Shown one piece after another: positions 56,925 to 64,000 of a stretch of 64,000 nt of DNA (position 1 is the stretch's first letter; each line of letters opens with the position of its first letter). The notes beneath the pieces are model-generated. The model was not told the origin of the DNA, did no database searches, and saw only the letters and a program-made list of their open reading frames with translations. Position numbers and translations under genes: made by a program. The stretch comes from a virus. Location of the stretch: the IMG/VR virus record IMGVR_UViG_3300006108_000015, positions 5,693-69,692 of that record. One strand, given 5' to 3'.

Positions 56925-57572
56925 TTATAATCGTTTTAGAAAGTTTTCAAATATTCTTAGGCTAACTGCCTCAATATCTCTACTTGAAGCCTTGCGTACT
57001 TCTTGCACTGCTTGTGAGTATTGAACTTCTGTCCAAACGCCATCTACTAACATCCACTCTTTACCTTCCATAATACCTTGTACGAATGCACCAGGTGCGG
57101 AAGGGTCTGCTACAATATCAGCCGCTGTGGCTAGATAAAAATCTGGTTGAACTACATTAACACCGTTAACATTTTTCAATGAACCCATACCCCTAGAAGA
57201 AACACCTAATTGAGCACCACCTTCAATTAGATTCTTGGCAATATTACCCATAGGTGTTTCTAATATCTTTGCTTTACCAATCCATTGTGTACCATCTTCT
57301 CTAAGAGATGTGATGATATGTGATACACGATCTAGATTAATTGATGGTGTTTCTGGATGTCCCAATTCACCAAACGCCCGTTTCTTATTAATGTAATCTT
57401 CAGTGTAACGATGAACTTCTTTCTTCATCGTATTGTATTCATACAGACGACCATTCTTGTTTTTCTTTTCGGCAACTAGAAAAGGACCTTCAATGTGCAA
57501 AGATTTCTTTCCATTGGATTCTTCCAAATACTCATAATTAACTGTTTCGTAAATCTCTTTAATTAGTTTCAT
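56925..57572 (-). CDS. 21: prohead protease
   Basis: NKNGRLY, GELGHP, GVSSRGMGS, DIVADPSAP. Confidence 0.95.
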   Translation of the reverse strand: MKLIKEIYETVNYEYLEESNGKKSLHIEGPFLVAEKKNKNGRLYEYNTMKKEVHRYTEDYINKKRAFGELGHPETPSINLDRVSHIITSLREDGTQWIGKAKILETPMGNIAKNLIEGGAQLGVSSRGMGSLKNVNGVNVVQPDFYLATAADIVADPSAPGAFVQGIMEGKEWMLVDGVWTEVQYSQAVQEVRKASSRDIEAVSLRIFENFLKRL

Positions 57573-58087
57573 GGAGTAACACCATATGGTGGATAATTGA
57601 AAGCGGCTGGGTCCGAGAACTGACCACGCTGATACATTGCATTATCTTTACGCAATTCTAATACAATTGTGTATGATGAGTTTGCAGATGCACCAACTGT
57701 AGTAATACCAATATGACCATTTGCTCCAACAGCATTATTAGGAATAGATGGCATATTCAAATGCTCACCGTATTCACCATTTCTGTTTAGATTTGCAATA
57801 GTTGTTGGTGTTGTACCTTGCCAGTATAATTGAACATATCCAACAGTGCCCATACTGACACCATAAATGATCCGAGTAACTTGCAGATTGTAATATGGTA
57901 ATGGTGTGTTACTTACAGATAGTGCAGAACCTAGTGGAACATTATTAGCATCTAATGCACCATACAAAGTATTGGCCATGATTCTGTAAGTATTAGACTC
58001 TTGTGAAGTACCATCAAAAGAACCAGTTAATTTAATAACTGACTTTTGAGTGGTATCTGTTAATACTTGATAGGTAAACTGATTCAT
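57569..58087 (-). CDS. putative virion protein
   Basis: Beta-rich composition; inside the head module. Confidence 0.55.
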   Translation of the reverse strand: MNQFTYQVLTDTTQKSVIKLTGSFDGTSQESNTYRIMANTLYGALDANNVPLGSALSVSNTPLPYYNLQVTRIIYGVSMGTVGYVQLYWQGTTPTTIANLNRNGEYGEHLNMPSIPNNAVGANGHIGITTVGASANSSYTIVLELRKDNAMYQRGQFSDPAAFNYPPYGVTP

Positions 58088-58102
58088 AATTTTTCTCGGT
58101 TA

Positions 58103-58696
58103 TTAATCTTCGTCTTTCTCTTTATCGTCACGCTTCGCACCAGAATCTGAATGACCAGCAACCTTTCTGATTGTCTTTAATGTTTTCTTTGGTTTTTTAT
58201 CAAACTCGTAATTTGCTGCTTTCTTTTCTGCTTTTTCTTTACGAGCATCCTCTAGGTCGTCCATTTTACCTTCATAGATAACTTCTTCATGCATTGTTCT
58301 GTCAGAATGAATAACATGATTCTTAGATACTTTCATTACTTTTAGACCATGTTTACCTGCCATGTTCTTTGCTTGTCTGACTGCATGATTGTCATTATCA
58401 GCATTCATTAACATCTTGCCTTTCCATTCACCAGATACTGGATCTGCCATGTGAACAGTATGGGTATGCATGTGATGACCTTCAGTTAATTCTTCTTCAG
58501 ATACAATCTCTTCTACTTGAGATTCAACTGGTTGTTCTTTCTGTTCATTTCGTGTAATTAGATTCTGAGCAACTTCTTGTTTCTTTGCTTCAATGTGAGC
58601 AGTAACTCTATCATGGATAGCAGAATACAGTGCATCTCTAAATGCTACTCCATTATCTTCGGCTGCGTAATCAATTAGTTTTCTAGTATCTGACAT
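58103..58696 (-). CDS. gp67-like prohead core protein with extra modules
   Basis: Immediately after portal; N-terminal helix I.AKKQEVA; many x-x-E sites. Confidence 0.55.
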   Translation of the reverse strand: MSDTRKLIDYAAEDNGVAFRDALYSAIHDRVTAHIEAKKQEVAQNLITRNEQKEQPVESQVEEIVSEEELTEGHHMHTHTVHMADPVSGEWKGKMLMNADNDNHAVRQAKNMAGKHGLKVMKVSKNHVIHSDRTMHEEVIYEGKMDDLEDARKEKAEKKAANYEFDKKPKKTLKTIRKVAGHSDSGAKRDDKEKDED

Positions 58697-58742
58697 GGTT
58701 ATTTGCTCCTAATATTTAATTATTAACTTATTTAGTATTAAA

Positions 58743-60320
58743 TTATTCTTCATCTGGTTGATTACGAACGGATTGTTGAGGTTCTTCTTGTTCTTGTGGT
58801 TGTCCACCCATTCCCATGATTGGTTGACCAATACCTTGTGCTTGTTCCTCGTCAATCTCTTTTTGCATTTCTTTAATTTGATCATCTGTCAACCGCAACA
58901 CATTTCTTTGAATCCATGCTTGAGAGAAGTAACGTCCAGTATATGGATCAACTGCACCTAATAATCCTAATCTCTCTTTCATCAATTCAGCATCTTTCAG
59001 TTCACTAAAGTTATTATCTTTAATGAAGTCATAATGAATGTGTTCTTTGAATTCTTTCCATTCATCATCAGTGCAGATACCTTTCAATACGCACTGAACT
59101 CTTAATGCCTGATCAAATAAATCCGCAAACTTATTGCGTAATCTATCTACAAACTTAGTAAACTTTAATTCATCTCGTGTTACTTCTGCTACACGACCAA
59201 TTGAGAAACCTTGATTTGGTTCTAATCGTGAAATAGGTACATTCAAAGATTTATACAGTTTCTTTTCAAAGTACTTGATATCTTCTAATTCACCTAGATT
59301 TTGTCCACCAGGTAGTGTAGTAATTTCTGTACCTTTACCACCTTCTCTCCGTGGTAACCAGAAGTCTTCCATCATCGACAGAAACTTTCTGTCATCTCTT
59401 ACTTCACCAGTATTTGCATCATAGACAAGTTTGTTCTTATACTTAACCATAATGTCACGCAGATACTGTTCCGCTTTTAACTTAGGTAAATTACCGACAT
59501 CAATATAAAATATTCTACGCTCAGGTGCTCTTGATATCCGATAGATAACAATAGCATCTTCAATCATTCTTAATTGGTTAAGGGGTTTGATGGCTTTGTG
59601 AAGATATGACAATACAACTGCTCGCCTTGAATCCATCAAACCAGATACCACTGAAATGATTGAGTCTGTTGTAATTCTTACACCAACTGGACCAAAATTA
59701 GAAGATGATCCGGTGGTTACTTTGTCATTAAAGATGTAGTATTCGTTTACTACATTCATTACATCTACGCCAGTTCTTTCGTCTTTCTTCTTTTTGATTT
59801 CACGAACTTTTCTGAGTTTTCGTGGATCAATATATCTTAATTCTTTGATACCTTCCATTGGTTTTTCACGATCAATTATGATGTGGTAATACATCTTACC
59901 ATCAACATAATATCTACGGAAGATATCAACTGCCATATTATTGTAATTGAGCATTCTCAATACATTATGAAACTCATCTTTGATGGCTTTCTTAATTTTA
60001 TCTGGTTGATTTAATCCATCCAGAACAATCTCGATAATCTTACCATCATCATCAGAACAAATTGCTTCATTGACGATATCGTCAATAGCCGATTCGATCT
60101 CCGGCTGCATGGCCATTTCACGATATCGAGAGATTAACTCTACTTCATTCTTGGCGGTGCCGTCAAGGTCCACGTAGGTTCCGTAATAGGCCGCACTAGT
60201 AATCGTTAATGCACCATCCTCATTCTGTGGTGGTGAGAACGATTGTTGTTTCTTTTGATCTTCATCGTTCTTATCACGAGATATACTGAAACCAAATAGG
60301 CTAAATTTATTTGCCGACAT
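58743..60320 (-). CDS. 20: portal protein
   Basis: YRISRAPERRIFYIDVGNLP, EDFWLPRREGGKGTEI. Confidence 0.97.
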   Translation of the reverse strand: MSANKFSLFGFSISRDKNDEDQKKQQSFSPPQNEDGALTITSAAYYGTYVDLDGTAKNEVELISRYREMAMQPEIESAIDDIVNEAICSDDDGKIIEIVLDGLNQPDKIKKAIKDEFHNVLRMLNYNNMAVDIFRRYYVDGKMYYHIIIDREKPMEGIKELRYIDPRKLRKVREIKKKKDERTGVDVMNVVNEYYIFNDKVTTGSSSNFGPVGVRITTDSIISVVSGLMDSRRAVVLSYLHKAIKPLNQLRMIEDAIVIYRISRAPERRIFYIDVGNLPKLKAEQYLRDIMVKYKNKLVYDANTGEVRDDRKFLSMMEDFWLPRREGGKGTEITTLPGGQNLGELEDIKYFEKKLYKSLNVPISRLEPNQGFSIGRVAEVTRDELKFTKFVDRLRNKFADLFDQALRVQCVLKGICTDDEWKEFKEHIHYDFIKDNNFSELKDAELMKERLGLLGAVDPYTGRYFSQAWIQRNVLRLTDDQIKEMQKEIDEEQAQGIGQPIMGMGGQPQEQEEPQQSVRNQPDEE

Positions 60321-60357
60321 ATTATAGATTACCTTTCAAATTGTATATCAAAATCAA

Positions 60358-60894
60358 TTAAAACTCGTCAGTTGTTCCAATATTTGCCCAATACTGGTAT
60401 GCGAATGTAACCTGGAATTCTTGAATAGAATCGTTTGAACCCCAATCTAGATCAATTGGTGATAGATCGATTGGAAACATTCCTACAAAATTATAAATTT
60501 GAATTGGAGTACCAGTTTTACTATATTGAGTTACAAATGCATCAGAAGTATATGTAGCAGGTGATGCATATAGCGGATTTCTCACGTTACCTGCATGACT
60601 ATTGATTTGACTCATCCAAATTTCAAATGCGGATCTGAGTTCAAAACTTTCGTCATTCAATACTGTAACTGACCAATCTGAGAAAGTTCTATTACCTGCA
60701 AATTTAACTTCACGACCAAAATAATTAATAGTTGTTGCACCAATTGATGAACCTGGTAAAGATGCTGATTTTACAGTGAAGGTACTGTCTAATGGTATAT
60801 CGCCAGGAAATGTCAACTGTACATCGAATAGATTTGAACGAGCACCATCAAAAGGTAATGCTCGTGATCTAAAAGTGGATACATTAAATGCCAT
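60358..60894 (-). CDS. 19: tail tube protein
   Basis: GREVKFAGNRTFSDW, FQVTFAYQYW. Confidence 0.93.
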   Translation of the reverse strand: MAFNVSTFRSRALPFDGARSNLFDVQLTFPGDIPLDSTFTVKSASLPGSSIGATTINYFGREVKFAGNRTFSDWSVTVLNDESFELRSAFEIWMSQINSHAGNVRNPLYASPATYTSDAFVTQYSKTGTPIQIYNFVGMFPIDLSPIDLDWGSNDSIQEFQVTFAYQYWANIGTTDEF

Positions 60895-60924
60895 TTTATT
60901 CTCCTTATATCGTTGATTTATTTA

Positions 60925-62631
60925 TCAAAATTTGCCCACAATCTCCGTAAAGTCAACACCAGTACGTACTGCGACAAACGAAAGTTGGATATAATTTACA
61001 CTTCTTGCAGGTTTTACGTATATATCTCCAACAAACTGATTTGAATCAACAACTTGTGGTGTATTGTTTGTAGAATCGCATACTACTTTAAAATCATAGA
61101 TTCCACGGCGACCTTTGACATCACGCAAGAATGGAGTAACTAGTGATACAAACTGTGCTTGTGTAAATGAATCATTAAATTCAAATAGTGAGAACTTAGA
61201 AGCAGTTGAAATTGCTTTCTCTAGTACAATGAACAATCTACGGACATTAATTCTGTCAAATGCAGATGGTTTAGATTGTAGGGTCTTATCTCCATACAAT
61301 ACTGTACCTTGACCAGGGAAAGAAACAACTGGATTAACACCGATTGAATAGATAGTATCTCTTTGTGTCTTATTTGGATTCCATGCCAACTTAACAACAT
61401 TCTTTAGGTTGCCACGATTGAAACCAGCAGGTGACCACCATGCATCACGAACGGTATCTGTATAAACACATAGACCTGCAATGTCACCGTTCAATGGTAC
61501 CCAACGATATACGTTGTTATACTTATCAAACATATACTTCCAACCAGAATCAGCAACAACATAAGATGATGATCTTGATACTAGATTAGACCATGTTGTG
61601 ATGTTTGCAGTTTCATCACCTGCTTGATTGATAACATCAGATGATCTTGGTGAAATAAATGCAACACAATCTTTACGATATGTTACGATATCATCAATAA
61701 CATACTGTTGAACTGTAACATCTGCTGCACCTGTCATCACTAGAGAAATGTCAACTTCTTCTGAGTTTGCAAATAGTCCGTATGCAGTAATCAAGTCTGC
61801 ATCATTTGGAACTGCATCTGTACCATTACTCAATGTGTATGTTTCAGATGTTGCAACAGTTGCATATGATGTTCCGGACATTGTTTTACCCCATGTTGAA
61901 TGGGTATTTGCATAATCAACTGGATCAACAGCATAGATGTACTTAGAATTATTAAAGATATAATTCTTGTAATAGTTTGAATTACCTAAGGAATCGGTTG
62001 CGTCAGATGCTTTAGATAGATAAGGATAAACTTCTAGTACTGTACCTTGTACACCTGAGAATAAACCACCAGTGTCTACAACGATAACATGCATTTCATC
62101 ATTTGATGCGCCTGCTGCCATAGCCTGTTCAGAAGTTGTAGGTGCGCCAGTAAAATAACTGGATACCATTGCTCCGTTTACATTCCATGTTGGGAAATCA
62201 CCACCAGCATCTAGTACAGAAATTGTCAATGAATTTCCTAATTGTCCAGGATATCTTGCAGCAAATGGACCGTGTGCATTTGTGTTATCTGAATGTAGAT
62301 ATGAGAATTCAAATGCATCTTCATTTGCAATTTGAATACCAGAATTTTCAGCAACAGCATTGTGACTATTTGCGTTAGCAGCACGAACAACTTGTAGATT
62401 ATTACCGTATGCTAGAAAACTAGCAGCAGTAAAGAAAGATGTGTATGTGTTACTATCTGGTTGATAGAATGTTTTGTTAAGAGTGATTTCACTGTCAACT
62501 TGAATTCGTTTGTTTACTGGACCCCATTGGAATGCACCAGCAAAAGCACCGGCAGTGGTAGATACTGAAGGAACAACTGTTGTTAGGTCAACTTCAGAGA
62601 CATTTACCCCTGGAGATAATTGAAAAGCCAT
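60925..62631 (-). CDS. 18: tail sheath protein
   Basis: SPGVNVSEVDLT, WSPAGFNRG, FDRINVRRLF. Confidence 0.96.
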   Translation of the reverse strand: MAFQLSPGVNVSEVDLTTVVPSVSTTAGAFAGAFQWGPVNKRIQVDSEITLNKTFYQPDSNTYTSFFTAASFLAYGNNLQVVRAANANSHNAVAENSGIQIANEDAFEFSYLHSDNTNAHGPFAARYPGQLGNSLTISVLDAGGDFPTWNVNGAMVSSYFTGAPTTSEQAMAAGASNDEMHVIVVDTGGLFSGVQGTVLEVYPYLSKASDATDSLGNSNYYKNYIFNNSKYIYAVDPVDYANTHSTWGKTMSGTSYATVATSETYTLSNGTDAVPNDADLITAYGLFANSEEVDISLVMTGAADVTVQQYVIDDIVTYRKDCVAFISPRSSDVINQAGDETANITTWSNLVSRSSSYVVADSGWKYMFDKYNNVYRWVPLNGDIAGLCVYTDTVRDAWWSPAGFNRGNLKNVVKLAWNPNKTQRDTIYSIGVNPVVSFPGQGTVLYGDKTLQSKPSAFDRINVRRLFIVLEKAISTASKFSLFEFNDSFTQAQFVSLVTPFLRDVKGRRGIYDFKVVCDSTNNTPQVVDSNQFVGDIYVKPARSVNYIQLSFVAVRTGVDFTEIVGKF

Positions 62632-62684
62632 TGTCTTCTCCTTAAATTATTATTAATATTTGACAATTACGAATACCATGAACA

Positions 62685-62692
62685 TATTTATA
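62685..62692 (-). promoter_or_regulatory. T4-type late promoter
   Basis: TATAAATA. Confidence 0.7.
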
Positions 62693-62722
62693 AAATCAAT
62701 AATTTACAAGTACATTTCATAA

Positions 62723-63952
62723 CTAAATATATCTTAATGTATCTCTAATGAAGTTCACATAAGTTTCAGAACTGTCTGCTTTTTCCCAAACATCACCATC
62801 CATCAATTCAAACTTATGCTCAAGTCCATTTTCAATAATGGGTGCGGGTAAATTCTCATCATCTAACTGATTCATTGTTTCTATTTGAATCTGTTTTCTT
62901 ACATCGTGGCTGACAATTTCTTTGAAATATTTCTGTGTGGCCAACCATGAAAATATAACAAGAGTCATTACTAAGTCATCATTTGAATCTTCTTCAGCAG
63001 CAAATGAAGTTTTATTGGCTACAAATGTGGTGAGTTCGGAAATGGTATCAAAATCTTGAATGATTAATTTATCATTCTCAATTAATGTTTTAAGATTAGA
63101 ACAACCAATTCGTTTGACAGCAGGAGACATTTTAAGTCCCATCTGTACACCACGACCAAATCCTGCCGATAATTGCTGAGGTTTCTTATTACCTGTAAAT
63201 ATTTTGAATAGATTTTCATATTCAAAATCTTGATGAATCACATCTGCTACTTGTGGATTATTATTAATCTCAACTAGTATATATGCGTCATTATAATACC
63301 GTGCTGCGTTGTAGATGTGTGTTGGAAATACCATAGGTGATATTCCAGGATTCTTGTATCGTGCTACTTGTCTGTACGGCATAGTAGAGATATCAAATAC
63401 TGAAAATGCTGATGAATCTAGGTTGCGTCCTTCTGATACATCCACAGTAACCACATATAAATGATCTTTAATCTTATCATCATCGCTTTTAATAGGATGT
63501 TCATATATTAAAGTTTCATCGTGTTCTGCAATTGGATTTTGATAGACAAGTTGTTGTAGTTTCTTACCGGATATGAGTGTATTGGATGAACCTAAGAAAT
63601 CACAATTATGGGATACTATATTGTTTGTATAATAAAGATGTTTTGTTCCGGAGTTAACAATATCATAAAGTTCTATTTTCTTTTTGATTATACGTTTAGA
63701 GGTAACAAAACAAGGATTACCTTTAGTGTAGATTTCTTGTTTTTTAGTTAAATCTTTGGCTTTTATTATACCATCAATTGTCATCAATGGATGTTCTTCT
63801 GAACACTTTAACTCTTGGTCATTTGAAAATTTTAGATGAATATAAGAACTTTTAGTAATCTTATTCACTCCCAAGAAAGGTACAAACCCTTCTGGAGAAA
63901 GAACTTTATAATTTTTAGAGTTTAATATTACTGATTCAGGAATGCTAGACAT
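62723..63952 (-). CDS. 17: terminase large subunit, C-terminal (nuclease) part preceded by an intein fragment
   Basis: After SHN: CDFLGSSNTLI, VDVSEG, KRIGCSNLKTLIE, DDLVM. Confidence 0.9.
   Translation of the reverse strand: MSSIPESVILNSKNYKVLSPEGFVPFLGVNKITKSSYIHLKFSNDQELKCSEEHPLMTIDGIIKAKDLTKKQEIYTKGNPCFVTSKRIIKKKIELYDIVNSGTKHLYYTNNIVSHNCDFLGSSNTLISGKKLQQLVYQNPIAEHDETLIYEHPIKSDDDKIKDHLYVVTVDVSEGRNLDSSAFSVFDISTMPYRQVARYKNPGISPMVFPTHIYNAARYYNDAYILVEINNNPQVADVIHQDFEYENLFKIFTGNKKPQQLSAGFGRGVQMGLKMSPAVKRIGCSNLKTLIENDKLIIQDFDTISELTTFVANKTSFAAEEDSNDDLVMTLVIFSWLATQKYFKEIVSHDVRKQIQIETMNQLDDENLPAPIIENGLEHKFELMDGDVWEKADSSETYVNFIRDTLRYI
63605..63952 (-). mobile_element. intein C-terminal fragment (116 aa), apparent atypically split intein
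   Basis: Block B LKCSEEHP, block F LYDIVN, block G YYTNNIVSHN then Cys+1; no block A; in-frame TGA at 63965-63967. Confidence 0.8.
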
Positions 63953-64000
63953 TTTTCTATCACTTCAGTTGGTATTTTTTGTTGTGTTATATTGATTGAG
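63928..64000 (-). CDS. 3' end of an upstream ORF overlapping the intein gene start (possibly a homing endonuclease)
   Basis: Frame reads ...IPTEVIEKCLAFLNQ*; only about 23 codons visible. Confidence 0.35.
   Translation of the reverse strand, partial: SINITQQKIPTEVIEKCLAFLNQ

Noticed and set aside
2616-62378. Many plus-strand ORFs and nested minus-strand ORFs of 60-143 aa in the ORF track
   Set aside because: They lie within well-supported minus-strand genes and show no motifs; treated as shadow ORFs
1-64000. CRISPR array, rRNA, integrase or IS element
   Set aside because: No repeat-spacer periodicity or such genes seen by eye

Overview
A 64-kb, AT-rich segment of a T4-like (myovirus) phage genome, with nearly all genes on the minus strand. 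It holds the replication core (rnh, nrdAB, thyX, 61, 41, uvsX, 43, regA, 62/44/45, 46/47, 55, uvsW, uvsY) and the head/tail core (3, 23, 22, 21, 67-like, 20, 19, 18, 17). It also has a clustered lysis cassette, a glycosyltransferase/methyltransferase island, a candidate DNA-glycosylation locus and an array of 12 tRNAs plus one tRNA-like RNA. The best leads are: (1) a 23-codon pqqA (PQQ precursor peptide) missed by the ORF track, which suggests a PQQ-using, probably betaproteobacterial host; (2) a late-promoter cluster of proteins starting with T4-type capsid-targeting sequences, including three His-rich enzymes (ligase-fold protein, HIGH nucleotidyltransferase-kinase fusion, PD-(D/E)xK-like protein), which may be a packaged and injected enzyme set; (3) a fractured terminase gene whose 3' half starts with the C-terminal fragment of an apparent atypically split intein; (4) a tRNA-Ser with anticodon ACT and a D-armless tRNA-like RNA with a TCT loop. 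All family assignments come from motifs recognised by eye; no searches were run.
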